NCBI RefSeq assembly: GCF_032191835.1
Contig: NC_083237.1
Location: 40,796,001 to 40,860,000 of the forward strand
Direction of reading: 5' to 3'
Length of the DNA stretch: 64,000 bases
Source: Heteronotia binoei
Lineage: Eukaryota
Shown here: in pieces, positions 23,302-35,833 of the stretch
Layout of the letters: every line of letters begins with the position of its first letter
Numbering within the stretch: the first letter of the stretch is position 1
Position numbers and translations under genes: made by a program
The notes under the pieces: model-generated
Seen by the model: the letters and a program-made list of their open reading frames with translations, nothing else
Told to the model about the DNA's origin: nothing
The model's database searches: none

Positions 23302-23857
23302 GACTGATTTCACACTGGGCGTTTTTGCACTGACCTTTTACTGGCGCGACCACCCTCCTCACGCCAGCGGATCTGCAGGGATTTCGCACCAGAAGCGCCG
23401 GCGCAGCCAAAAGAGCCGGATACTTCCGTCGCGAAACCCGCTCAAACGTTTTCCTGCTTCTTGGCGGTTTCCGTTTGAGCTGGTTTTGCGACGGAAGTTG
23501 CCGGCTCTTTTGGCTGCGCCGGCGCTTCTGGTGCGAAATCCCTGCAGATCCGCCGGCGTAAGGAGGGTGGTCGCGCCAGTAAAAGGTCAGTGCGAAATCA
23601 GCCACTATGTTTGTTCCGGGTTGGAGAGCCCTTTTGCTACAGGGGCTTTACTCCATTTTTGCACAAGTTGCCCTGGAGCTGCGAGTTGCCACACTGTTAT
23701 TCTGCAGCAAGCAGAAACCGCTTGTCAACATATCCTGCTTGCTGCGGAATAGCAGCGTGGCAACTCATAGCTCCGGGGCAATTTGTGTGAAAATGGAGTG
23801 AAGCCCCGGTAGCAAAGGGGCTCTCCACTCCGGAACAAGTATAGTGTGAAATTGGTC
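23302..23857. mobile_element. Two nested PIF/Harbinger-type MITEs (outer 23302-23857, inner 23317-23603)
   Basis: Outer TIRs gactgatttcacact / agtgtgaaattggtc with flanks taa / tat; inner palindrome flanked by a 3-bp act duplication and related to 18932-19164 and 28050-28237. Confidence 0.8.
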
Positions 23858-23904
23858 TATCTCTTTTGTCTCCCACTTCCCTTTAGATCTGGTGAAAGAG
23901 ACCA

Positions 23905-24864
23905 TCACACTTTTAATTTCTGATTCACAAATCGCCCTTCCAGAATCTTTCCAACAGCCTTTCTCAGGGCTTCCCTAACATCCTTGTTTCTCAGGCTATA
24001 TACCAAAGGGTTGACTATGGGAGGCAAGACTGTGTACAAAAGAGAAAATATTTTGTTAATGTCTTTCATGGTTTCAATTTTTGGTACTATGTACACAATC
24101 ATTAAGGCACCATAGAAAAGAGAGACAACAATCAAGTGAGAAGAGCAGGTGGAAAAAGCCTTTTGCCTTCCAGTAGTGGATGGAATTTTCATGACGGCAG
24201 CAATAATATATATATAGGACAATAAAGTCAAAAGAAATGGTGGAAACGTAAATATGATAGCCATGATTACACTGACTCGTTTGATGAAACTGGTATTACT
24301 GCATGATATTTCAAGGAATGATAGAGACTCACAAAAGAAATGATCAATTTCATAGTGATCACAATACCAAAGCTGTAACATAAAAGCCAGATATATTGAA
24401 CTAAACACAATCCCATTGATCCAGGACCCAGCTGCTAACTGGATACAAAGCTTTCCATTCATAAGAGCTGCATAATGAAGGGGTTTGCATATAGCTAAGA
24501 AACGATCATAAGACATTACACAGAGAAGATAACATTCTGTACCAGCTAGGCAAGCAAAGAAATATAGCTGTGTGATACATTGTTTGAAAGATATGGTTTT
24601 GTTCCCTGTCAAGAGACTAGACAGCAATCTGGGTAGGATGGCTGAGCTGTACAGCATCTCCAGGCAGGATAAATTTCCCACAAAGAAATACATGGGAGTA
24701 TGTAGATGCTGATCTGTCACCATCAAGAGAAAGGTGAGGAAGTTGGCCAATATAGTTAAAATGTAGATCACCAAAAACAGCAGAAATAGAAAGATTTGAA
24801 GGTTGTGGAGTTCCTCAAATCCCAGAAGGATGAAGTCTGTGATCAGTGACTTGTTTCCATGCAT
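23905..24864 (-). CDS. Olfactory receptor, class II (family 11/6-like), intact
   Basis: Probable start MHGNKS at 24864 (open frame extends to 24912); LHTPMYFF, MSYDRFLAICKPLHY, KAFSTCSSHL, PPIVNPLVYSLRN. Confidence 0.96.
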   Translation of the reverse strand: MHGNKSLITDFILLGFEELHNLQIFLFLLFLVIYILTILANFLTFLLMVTDQHLHTPMYFFVGNLSCLEMLYSSAILPRLLSSLLTGNKTISFKQCITQLYFFACLAGTECYLLCVMSYDRFLAICKPLHYAALMNGKLCIQLAAGSWINGIVFSSIYLAFMLQLWYCDHYEIDHFFCESLSFLEISCSNTSFIKRVSVIMAIIFTFPPFLLTLLSYIYIIAAVMKIPSTTGRQKAFSTCSSHLIVVSLFYGALMIVYIVPKIETMKDINKIFSLLYTVLPPIVNPLVYSLRNKDVREALRKAVGKILEGRFVNQKLKV

Positions 24865-25244
24865 TATTTTTGATATCAAATACATATAGTTATTGCAGGT
24901 CCTGAAATTCAATTTGATATAACATAAATAAGAAGTATTATATAAGCATACATTTGTTATGTATCTTTCCTTTTAGGATTAAAGTAAGGTGAACAGTTTT
25001 TATTTTAAATGAAATTGATAAGGTAGGCAATGGGTGTACAGCCCTCTGATACTACTGATTTCTACGTGCTTTCTTTGTTGTAAGTGTTAAAAATATATAT
25101 TGCCCCACTCCTCTGAGTGTTCATACCAAAGCTTCAATAAAATGAATATAAATTAGAGCAAAATGTAGATTCAGAGGGGAAAACCTCCAACAACTTATGT
25201 TCCAGCATTCAGGATGCAGCTATTGCAATTTCTAGATTCCTCGG

Positions 25245-25320
25245 AGGAAAACGTTGTGAAAGCAATGTCACCTCAGAGTCGGAAACAACTGGTGCTTGCA
25301 CAGGGGACCTTTACTTTTCA
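25245..25320 (+). mobile_element. Sauria SINE 3' fragment
   Basis: gttgtgaaagcaatgtcacctcagagtcggaaacaactggtgc...cacaggggacctttac matches the 3' end of 60993-61287. Confidence 0.65.
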
Positions 25321-25532
25321 GAGGAAGACAAGATTCAGTTCATGGACAAAGGAGGACAGTATAGACCATGTAGCTGCCTGACCAGAAGAAGAAAATGAAG
25401 GTTCTGTAGCGTAGGAATAGAGTACTGGAGTAGAAGACTGGCTTACATTTCTCCATTGTTAATCCAGTTTTGAATAGGGGGAAAAAGGCAAACAGAATGA
25501 TTCTTTGGTAGTTTGAAGCTTTTTACCTACAA

Positions 25533-25725
25533 GGACTCCCTGACCTGGATAGCCCAGGCTAGCCTGATCTGACAAAATCACAGAATCTAATCAGTGTTGG
25601 CCCTGGATAGTATGGGAGCCCATCAAGGAATATCTTGGTAGAGACACAGACACAGTCAATGGCAAACCATTTTTGATGTATTTTGCCTTGAAAACCCCAT
25701 GCAACTTGACAGTAGTTTCCACCAT
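25533..25725 (+). mobile_element. 5S rRNA-derived SINE (5S-Sauria-like), decayed
   Basis: cctggatagcccaggctagcctgatct... head and caatggcaaacc...ttgccttgaaaacccc tail, as in 13305-13532. Confidence 0.55.
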
Positions 25726-28049
25726 CATCTACAAGGACATACTGAAAAGTTCCAGTTTACCAGCAAAAAAGACAACTAAGGAAGAGAGGCATAATCACAC
25801 TTTATAAAATTATGCATCAGGTGGAGGAAATGCATATATAAAAATTCAAGATATCAGACAATGGGTCAGATCCAAATTGAACTGGCAATGCCTACCAATT
25901 CACACTTTCTGCTGCAGACTCCCTTCATGTCATGCCCCAAAGGCAGCATTTTGAGATTAGTGGACTGCAATGGAAGGAGAGAGGCAGAAAAGTCCCATTT
26001 CATTGATGGGTTAATCTGGATTCAGAATGATAGGAGATAACATATTTGCAGTTTTACAATCATGTTATTTTACAGGGAGGTTAAAGAAGATTATGAGGTA
26101 AATACCTAGAACAGGAAGAAAATGAGAAATTCTAACAGTTCTGTCAAATATTCTAAAGCATGTTCTGCTTTCTTCATCTGTCTTTGTAGAAGCATTTGTT
26201 AGACCAGCTTTCCTTATTTTTCCTTAATATTCTATTTTTTTTGTTGCTGATGATTCTATCCTCAGTTTCTTTCACATCTCAAGCTTTATGCAAAAGGAGA
26301 CTTCTCCCATTTATTATTTATTATCTAGCAAAAATGCAAAGGGTCTCAAGAGATGTTGACTAATTGTTGAAGTGGGAATGTTAATAATGCAAACATCTAC
26401 ATTGAAACAAAATAATATGGAAATGTTGAATCATTAAAGGAAGTCTGTGGATGTGATAGCCATTTGGACCTTGTGTCCTGAACTTGAAACTTTTGGTCTA
26501 TCATAGTCAATCAGTCAATTTATTTCTTATGGTCTACGACCAGCACAAATCATTATATACACTGCTCAGAGTTTTAAAAGTGGTCCATCAGTTAAATGGG
26601 ATATAAAAACTAAAATAGACAGTTAAGAAACTAGAGTATTACATAAAATATCCTTATGAACTTTACAGGCAGCAGCAAAAAACCTTGCACAAGAAGCTGT
26701 ACTCTGCACTTTAATGCCCATGAGAAACCTCCTTAAAAGCTCAGAGTCAGAACAGTTTGGGAACTTCCTGACCAAAGGGAGAATAAACTTAGCATGTATT
26801 TCTTGGTAAAACTGACAAGAGAACAAAACATCTCAGTTGTTTCTACTATGCCAGCACCTTTCTACCAAAGGAGTCCTTCTATACCTTCCTTCTAGCATTG
26901 CCAAAGAGAGTACATTCCATCTAGCTAAAGAAAATGCTCTTCTATGGAGACTCCAGTGACATAAGATATGCTGCTAGAACTATGATGTATCTGATGTTAT
27001 CTGGTGCCAAAAAGTTTGGTGCTTTATTGATGTCACACTGTCGTTCAGTGTCTAGCACCCTCTTTTTGATAGTTGCAATTGCCTGGTCTAAACCCATCAT
27101 TAGAAGGGTCTGTGAAGAATACCCTAGAGATATTAACTTTCAATTAACCGCAGTTAACCAGGAGGATTGAAAGCAGTCCCTAAGGATCAGAGGTGTTAGT
27201 CCTTGAGGAACATAGTTTAATTTGAGCCAGAAATTGATAGAAGCAAGGTTTACCCTGGCCTCTACTTTAATTAGCCCAGATTCTAAGTGCAAGCTTGCTT
27301 TAACTTGGCAGTTTAAAAGCTGCCTTTATAAACTTTGATTGGACTCTTTCTAAAGGGACAAAGTTGAGGGAAGATGGTCCTAATACTGACCCATAGAGTA
27401 GCTGAGATAAAGTTTTGGCTTGGTATAATCTGAGGGGAACAGGGACATATTGCCCTCCTTTGGAATGGAAAAAAAATTAAAATAGCCTGAGCAGACTTTT
27501 GGCCAATCGCAGTCACATACTCATGGTGTGCATTCCTTGCCCCTAATGACTGTAATTCTACCCCAAAATATTTATGGCTCCTGACCTCAATCCTGTGTTC
27601 ATTGATGTTCCAGGCCCAAGTTTTAGGCCTCTTCCCAAAAGATTTGTTTTTTGGTAATTAATTATCAACTGGTTTTCATTACAAAAAAGGCTAAAAGCCT
27701 GCAGGGCTCTTCTAAGACCCACGGGAGTTCAAGAAAGAATTACCATGTAATTGGCATATAGGAGTTCAGAAATCTTTCTATTAGCTAAAGTGGGGAGAAG
27801 AAAATCAGGGTTACTCAGGCTACTAGTCATACCATTAATATAGAAAATAAATTGCAAAACACAGCTTTGTTTCACTTCTTTTGATGTTGATACGGAGTTA
27901 GTGAGATGACCAGTCCTGTTGCATCTGACTTTAAGAGATGTGTTGGAATATAAAACTTGCATTAAATGTAAATGTATTCAATTGATGGATGTAATCTCAA
28001 GTTTCTCCCAAAGCTTTACCCTTGATATGGAATCAAACTCAGTCTTTAA

Positions 28050-28237
28050 GGGCGTTTTCGCGCTGACCTTAATCGGCAGTGACGCCCCTCTTCACCGCGC
28101 AGGATCTTTTGCGCTGCAAAAGCCGCGGGACTTTGCGGCTCTTCCGGGTGCTCCGCGGCAATTGGTGCGAAATCCGCGCAGATCCTGCGCAGTGAAGAGG
28201 GGCGTCGCTGCCGATTAAGGTCAGTGCGAAAACGCCC
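28050..28237. mobile_element. PIF/Harbinger-type palindromic MITE
   Basis: TIR gggcgttttcgc[g/a]ctgacctt and its complement; perfect TAA TSD; interrupts the RT frame of the host LINE (AAFNDL|...). Confidence 0.9.
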
Positions 28238-28995
28238 TAAGTCATTAAAAGCAGCATGTAGAGAAACTGCTGTGCTAGCAGCATATTTTTCAATTAGATG
28301 TTGCATAATTAAACAATGCCCCAGAATAGACCTTCCCTCCCTAAATCCAGCCTGTTCTTTGACCAATAGATTTTCTTGGTCTATCCAGATTTTAAATTTC
28401 TCTAGAAGGTAGACTGCATAAAGTTTTCCAATTATGCTGAGCAAGTTGATTGGTTTGTAATTGGATGTAAATTGTAATTTTTCCTTTTTTGAAGAAAGGA
28501 ATAATTATCGCATGTATCCACTCTTCTGGGATTCTCCCTGAGTCATCAACATAAATAAATAATGTGACCAGAGGTGGGGGCCCACCAATCAATATTACTT
28601 TTCAGCTCAGGAGGGATGTAATCAATACCAGGGGCTTTCCCACCCTTAAGCAGATTAATCAGTGACAATTTCATTCATGGAAACAGGAGGCCATTCAGGA
28701 AGGTTAGCAATGTTCTGCAGAGATGTTTCTTGAGGGACCTGTGCATGTAACTTCCAGAAATATGTTTCCCAGGTTCAAGCCATAACTGGGGAATCTAACA
28801 GAAAAGTTTCCTTAACTGAAAATTTGGATGTCAGTTTCCAAAAAAATCAAAGTTTTTTTTTTTATCTTTTGCTGCCTGAATTAGTTGTGCCCATGTTACC
28901 TTAATATTGACTTTCTTCTTCTGGACCACTATATGTTTATAGATTGTCTTTTTTTCTACTAGATGGTGATGTAGATTCAAGGATTCAGACCATGG

Positions 28996-31900
28996 GCTGG
29001 AGTGCGCGGTGAGGCTGGATCGTGGAGCCGAGTGTGCGGTGCCGAGGATGCCGGCAGCAACCAGTCGGCTGAAGGAGGCTGCCGCAAAGACGCAGTGTGG
29101 TGTGGCTGGCAACTGCTATGGGCGGAGTTTCCCACTGGCTTTTCAGGTGGAGTGGTGGATTTTCCTCTCTCCCGGGGCATTCCATTCCTGTGGGCACCCT
29201 CCCTGCATGCTGCCGACATTTGCTGGGGCGCAGATGTTCAGCTAAATTGACAGCCGGGAGTCTCACGACTACGAGACCCTGTTTGGGGCTCAAGTGGCGT
29301 CTGGAGGCCTGGTGCACTGGATTGCAGGGCGGTTCAGCTGCGACCTGAGACAGCTGTGGAACCTGTGGCAACCCTCCAGCTGGGAATCAGAAGGGCTTAA
29401 TCCAGATGGCTGAGGAGGATACGGGGGAGGTCTTACCCCCCCCCAGGTCACCTGAGCTGTCCAGTGTCCATCGGGCCCTTAGACAACACTACTGCACTTT
29501 AAAAAAACTGCATCTAAGACTGCACTTCAAGAACACTTTATGAGCAGCTGCACTTTAAAAAACAATCTGCACTATAATAAAAAGGATAACATCTGACATT
29601 TTAATATTACAGCACTCTTACCTAATGACTTCTAACCTTCCATACTCACTAAAATGAACATAGAATTATATTGCTGACCACTAAATTAATTGGGAAAAAT
29701 TGTATTAGTTAATTGGATTATTGTTAATTATTTAGCTTTGATGAATTTTATATATTTTTAGCAAATTAATTGATGGGAGATATTAACTGGGAGGGGTTTA
29801 TCTATTAAGGAGCTACTAATTAATTTTTTTTAAAAAAATAGCTAATCAATTAGAGGGGAGATTACAGGGTTGGGATTTTTAAATTAATTCACTATTAGAT
29901 TAAAATATTAGTGAGCTAGCCAAATTTGAATAGTGAGTGAACGGTGGGGTTGGAAGTTTTAACATCTAATAGGGTGGTGAGGGAGGTTGTATCCATGTTA
30001 GTGAAGGCCACACTGGATGCCCGTGAGGATGCCCGACCTGGGGATTCCAGTACTCCTGGGGAGGGGAAGGTATGACGGTGGGAGCAGACAGAATTATAAA
30101 GGAAGGAGGCTGAGACAAAATAGAGTTCGGCCCCCTTCCAGTCTGCATCCCATTCCGACGGTGACAGATAGTGGGGTCAAGAGGAATGGCCCGACTCCGT
30201 CATTGGTGTTATGTAATGGCAGGTCCATAAATAACAAGACCTTGACCCTTAGGGAGTTCCTGCTTAAGCAGGATGTGGACCTGGCTTGTGTGACCGAGAC
30301 CTGGGTGCAAGATGCAGAGACTGTAGCTCCCTCCCAGATGACCCCCCCAGGATACTCGGTCTTTCACCAATCACGGACTAGTGGGTGGGGGGAGGGGTGC
30401 CTCTATTTATACGAGAGGATTACTCCTTCCGGGCTCTCCCAGCTCCAATGATCAATGTTATCGAATGTGCCGGTCTGGTGTAGGATGTGGGGGAGGGGTT
30501 GGTGATCTGGCTGGTGTACCATCTGCCCAGCGCCTTACTATCCTTGATGGAGGCCGTGACAGACTGGGTATTGGAATACACAAGGCTTGTGATCTTGAGG
30601 GATTTCAATGTCCATGCCAATGACGCAGCCTCCAGTCAGGCAATGGACCTAGTGTCTTCCATGGTGACACTGGGACTCTCCCAATTTGTTGCAGCACCCA
30701 CTCACCAGGTGGGGCACATGTTAGATTTGGTCTTTGCGGCCGGGGTTCTGGTGAGCGGTATTACCGCTGAGGCAGTGCCATGGTCAGACCATTTTGCCTT
30801 CAAGGCTCGTGTAAATGCTCCATTCCAACCCTGTATGGGTGGAGAGCCTATTTTGGCTCGCCCGTGGAGTCTGATAGACCCTAAGCAGTTCCAAATGGCT
30901 CTGCGGGATCCCTGGCTCCCTGACGATTCCCTTGATGACCTTGATGACAGCTGATTATCCAGGGCCATCAATGAGATCGCACCTCGACGCCCTCTGCGCC
31001 CTTGTGTTAAGCTGGCTCCGTGGTATACCCTGGAGCTATGACAGCTGAAACAAGAGCTCAGATGGCTAGAGAGGCAATGGCGGCACACTTGAGACAAAAT
31101 GACAAGAACATCTTATAGAGTGTTTATGAGGTCCTATGAGATGGCAGTCAAAGCCACTGAGAAGGATTACTTTGCAGCTAAGATTGCGTCTGCAAATTCA
31201 CACCCGGTACAATTGTTTAGGATAATTGGGAACCTTACAACACTGCCTCAAGGCAGACCAAATGCTAGAGAATTAGAGATTGGCTATGTGGCTTTTGCAA
31301 AATTCTTTGCAGATAAAATCACGCCGCTCTGCCACGACCTCCCCGCCACATTGGATACAGTACAAGAACTCGAGTCTCCGTGCCTGTCTTCTGGTTCAGT
31401 TCTGGATCACTTTGACACACTTAGCTTGGGGGAAGTTGATGGAATCCTCTCTACTGTACACCCAACAACTTGCGATTTGGACCCATGTCCCTCTTGGCTA
31501 ATTAAATCTTGCCAGAGGGAACTTAGATGTCCTATACGGGACATTGTAAATAGATTCCTCTCAGAGAGACATTTTCCAACACCTCTTAAAGAGGCTGTGG
31601 TCTGCCCTCTCTTGAAAAAGATTACATCAGATCTGGCAAAATTGGCACATTATTGGCCAGTCTCAAATTTACCATTTTGGGGTAAAATCATTGAGAGGGC
31701 AGTAGCATTACAGTTGCAGAGTTTTCTGGATGACACTTCCATCTTAGATTCTCACCAGTCTGGCTGTCGCCCGGGTCATGGGATGGAGACAGTGCTGGTC
31801 GCCTTGGTGGATGATCTCCAGAGGCATTTGGATCGAGGTGGTGTGGCGGTGCTGTTGTTGTTAGAACTGTTGGCTGCATTCGATAAGGTCAACCATTGGT

Positions 31901-33211
31901 TACTGACCCGCCGCCTTGCCAACGCAGGGATTCGGGGGCTGGCCTTACAATGGCTTTCCTCCTTCCTTGATGGATGGGGACAAAGGGTGGCAATTGGGAG
32001 AGCATTGTCCCAGAGGCACTCATTAGATTGTGGGGTGCTGCAAGGGGCAGTGCTCTCTCCGATGTTATTTAACATCTACATGCGCCCCCTTTCCCAGATT
32101 GCCCAGAGTTATGGGCTTGGGTGTCATCAATATGTGGATGACACCCAGTTCTATCTACTAATAGACGGTCAGCCTGACTGCATCCCAAAAAATCTGGACC
32201 TAGCGTTGCAAGCCGTGGCAGGTCGGCTCAGGCTGAGTAGGTTGAAGCTAAATCCAATGAAGACAGAGGTCCTTTGCCTGGGTCATGGCAGTCTAGGAAG
32301 GGAAATCCCCCTTCCAGTTTTTGATGGTGCGCCAATGAAAGTGGTGCACAGGGTCAAGAGCTTGGAGGTTCTACTAGAGCCTTCCTTGTCAATGGAGGCC
32401 CAGATAGCAGCCACTGCCAAATCCGCTTTTTTCCATCTTAGACGGGCAAGGCAGTTGGCCCCCTTCCTGGAGCATCACAACTTGGCAACAGTGATCCATG
32501 CAACGGTCACCTCGAGATTGGATTACTGGAATGCCCTCTACATGGGGCTGCCCTTGTGCCGAACCCGGAAGCTGCAGCTGGTATGGAATGTGGCAGCTAG
32601 GCTATTAGGGCTCCCAAAGTGGGAGCACATACAGCCGGGGCTGCGCGAGCTGCACTGGCTGCCAGTTGTATACTGGATTCATTACGAAGTGCTGGTCATT
32701 ACCTTTAAAGCCCTATATGATCGAGGACCTACCTACCTTAGGGACCGTATCTCCCCATATGTGCACCAGAGAATACTGAGATCAGGTGCAAAGAATTGGT
32801 TGACAATCCCTGGGCCAAAGGAGGCCAAACTGAAGAGTACATGTGAAAGGGCCTTTTCGATCGTAGCTCCACACTGGTGGAACCAACTACCGGATGAAGT
32901 GCGGGCCCTGCGGAGTCTTGATCAATTCCATAGGGCCTGCAAGACTACCCTTTTCCGAATGGCCTTCATTTAATGGCCTTCATTTAGTCTACTATATCTG
33001 GTCATCAAAAACCACTGAGGAGAATATTCAGAATATAGCACTGCAAATGTTAGTTTTAATTGTAATTTGATTATTTTAATTATAATGGTTTTATTTAGCA
33101 AATTGTATATTGTATTGAAATAATGGTTTTATATTGTAAATTAAAATTTCATATATGTTGTGAGCCGCCCTGAGCTTGCTTTGGCGGGGAGGGCGGGATA
33201 TAAATAAAAGA

Positions 33212-33243
<32 letters not shown>

Positions 33244-33244
33244 G
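28996..33244 (+). mobile_element. Near full-length L2 LINE
   Basis: GC-rich 5' end, EN-RT ORF2, 3' tail gttgtgagccgccctgag...gggcgggatataaat plus (tta)n; possible TSD catgg. Confidence 0.9.
30017..32973 (+). pseudogene. L2 ORF2 (APE endonuclease + RT), disrupted
   Basis: CNGRSINNK, CVTETW, RDFNVH, HMLDLVF, WSDH (EN); 624-aa open stretch 31099-32973 with HQSGCRPGHGMET, GVLQGAVLSP, YVDDTQ; stops and frameshifts upstream. Confidence 0.9.
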
Positions 33245-34177
33245 CATGGTATGCAGAAATAAGTGTATTTTTTGCTTCCACGTATTCCTTATCAAACCAT
33301 GATTTTGAATACTTTTTTGCTTTTATTGACTGTAAGCCGGTGTCATGAATAAATAAGGGTTTCCGTTTCTGAAGTAAATTGTCATAATGGATCAGTGGAT
33401 CCTGACCTGATATAGATTCTATGATCATTGATAGATGCTGTAATGTGGTTTCTTCCACTAAAACCCCCTTCAGCCTCTGCTGAAGATACACCATCCATTT
33501 GGCATGGCATCCTGACTTTAATAAAGGTGAGATATGGGTCATTACCTTTAAAGCCAGATATGGGTCCTTGATTGGATTTTAAGATGGAACTGAGAACATA
33601 TTGGAAAAAAGGTAAAGTAAAAGAAGTAGATGATCTCCCACAAGCTCTGGGAGCACCTGAAAAGTCTTAACAAGGGGAAGAAGGGTTTTTGTTGACTAAC
33701 AAGTAGTCAATGGTGCTGCACCCTGTTCTTGCCATAAATGTAATGTCCCCTGGATGATCACCTACAGTAGAGCTATTCAATATGAAAAAAATTAATTATT
33801 TGGACATATTAAAAAAGGCATAAGTCAGCATAATTTGCTGCACCATCTTTGGTGGAATGTGGGTAATGTGTATAAATCTTGTTGATGGCTGAAAATGCTT
33901 TGAACATAGCATGGAGAAATTGGTCATTCTGGCCCAATCTGGCATTGAAGTCACCTCCTATAAGAACCTTGCCAACTGGGTTGGCTACAATAAAGTTTTC
34001 TATATACTGTTCTAAATTGGCCCAGATGGTTGTGGTACTTGTCTTGCTTCCTTGCGGAGAGAGGTAGACATTAACCACCAGTAGTGTTTAAAAGCCAAAT
34101 TGTAAAAGTACAGCCATAGCTTGCTGGTTCAATGACTGTAAAGCTGTGCACTTTACATTTAATGAGGTAGATATTAG

Positions 34178-34325
34178 CAGGGGTCATTTTGTAGAAAAAT
34201 AGGCGGTGGAGCTTATCCAGGGATTGTTATGAAGCTGCACATGCTATTCAATGGATAAGGAGGTGGAACTCTCAGAAAAGTGCAGGAGCTGCTCTCCTTT
34301 GAGCTCCCACTGAATCTGAGGCCTG
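34178..34325. mobile_element. hAT MITE
   Basis: cagggg...gaggcctg termini; 8-bp flanks gatattag / aatattag. Confidence 0.7.
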
Positions 34326-34585
34326 AATATTAGGATTCCCATTACCCCTTTTAGCATCCGTGGACCTAAACCTGGAGTTGCCCCAACATTAAAAGAATGA
34401 TATCCATTTGACAGAAGACAGGAATGTCCCTCACTGAAATGGTCGATTGGCTGACTGCCAGTAGTGCCGACCCTCAAGGTAGGCCAGAAAGCACCCCAGA
34501 AGCAGAAGGGGAGGCAGATCAAGCTGGGCCAGAAGGGGAGACAGGCAGTACTATGAGGCAATCTCAGAGATATGGACTTTGTAAA

Positions 34586-35833
34586 TGTCAGACGATGGAA
34601 TTTTAAATCAGCCAGACCTTGAATTGTTGCAAAGTTAAGCTTTATTTGATAATCCATAAGTATCTGAGTGAAGGAGAAGATTGAGACTGATACAATGCGG
34701 CCTTAGGAGGCTGGCGCTGCTGGAGCAGCGCCCCGAGGCTGGCGGGCCTTGGGGGGCTGCTGGAGCATCCTGGCCAACTGGCCCCGCCAGCGGGGGATCT
34801 GTCAGCGCCGGTCCCGCTGGCTGGCCTCGTCCGAAGTCCCAGAGTAGCAGCTGGTCAATCTGCCTCTGCACCTCTCAGGTCATGAGAGTGGTGTTCGTGT
34901 GGACCTCGTCCCTGAGGTCTCTTTGCATCGCTCTCATCTCCTTTTTCATCTTTTCCATGATTTCCTCCCCCTTCAGGGGGCTCCTGTTTTCCCCCTTTGA
35001 ATCAGTCCCTCTGCCCCGCTCTTCGTCCGACCCAACAGGGTCCTTCTCCCTGTTGTCACGGTCCTGGTTGCCTCTGCTCCCCAGGTTTCCGCCCTGGCCG
35101 GGTCTGGTCAGTAGGTTCTCATGGTGCCCTGGGGCCTCATCCATCAGAGTGGTCGATGTTCTCGGCTGCCACTTCTGCGGGGTGATGGACAGCATCTGGA
35201 TGTGGAGGGGGGACCCTCCTTTTCTCCGAGCCCCGGTGATGTGCCAGGGGGGAGTTTTGACTTTGCTTAAAGGTTCAGCAGGTTCTCTGTCATCTGGAAC
35301 TTTTTCAGCCATCTGACTTAAAAGTGGCCGGTTCAGATAAGCCTTAAACTGGGATCAGTCTCAAAATGTCAGACGATGGAATTTCAAATCAGCCAGACCT
35401 TGAATTGTTGCAAAGTTAAGCTTTATTCGATAATCCATAAGTATCAGAGTGAAGGAGAAGATTGAGACTGATACAATGTGGCCTTAGGAGGCTGGCTATA
35501 TTGGGATACATCAAAGGGAACTATACAGAGCTACAATTCTAAACAGGGTTGAGGTGAGGTGCAACAATTCACATGGTCTGTCCCTCTTATCTCATTGTTG
35601 TTGCTATTCTTCCGGGGATAGTCAAGCAACTTTCCCTGGAGGTGCCTTATCTTCAAAGAGGGGAATTTCTGCCTTTGTTAGTATCAGGGAAGAGAAAGGT
35701 TCACACTGAGCATTGGTAATATCTGCATTCTCTACTTTGATATGCAAGGGCTTTTTCTCATGGTTAGTAACACAGTTCAAAGATGGCTACAGTTCAGCTA
35801 AGCAGTTTACCAGTAAAGTTACATCAGCTGACA
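34586..35833 (-). mobile_element. Internally deleted Tf1/sushi-type Gypsy element (family B)
   Basis: Full LTR 35367-35833 (tgtcag...ctgaca); gag N-terminus MAEKVPDD...TPQKWQPRTSTTLMDEAP homologous to the gag at 50602-52133; partial second LTR 34586-34715; flanks do not match. Confidence 0.85.

Larger units (their letters stand above)
26505..34085 (-). mobile_element. Long degenerate RTE-X-like LINE split by an L2 and a MITE
   Basis: APE endonuclease (VNVYL, GGDFNARLG, STIDY) at 33620-34080; linker WFDKE; RT (EQAGFREGRS, LIEKY) at about 27600-28500; C-terminal Cys/His remnant at about 26650-26900; 3' aataaattgactgattgact tail. Confidence 0.75.

Noticed and set aside
34424-34606. 60-aa acidic ORF next to the deleted Gypsy element
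   Set aside because: Short, runs into the LTR, and has no homologue in the window.
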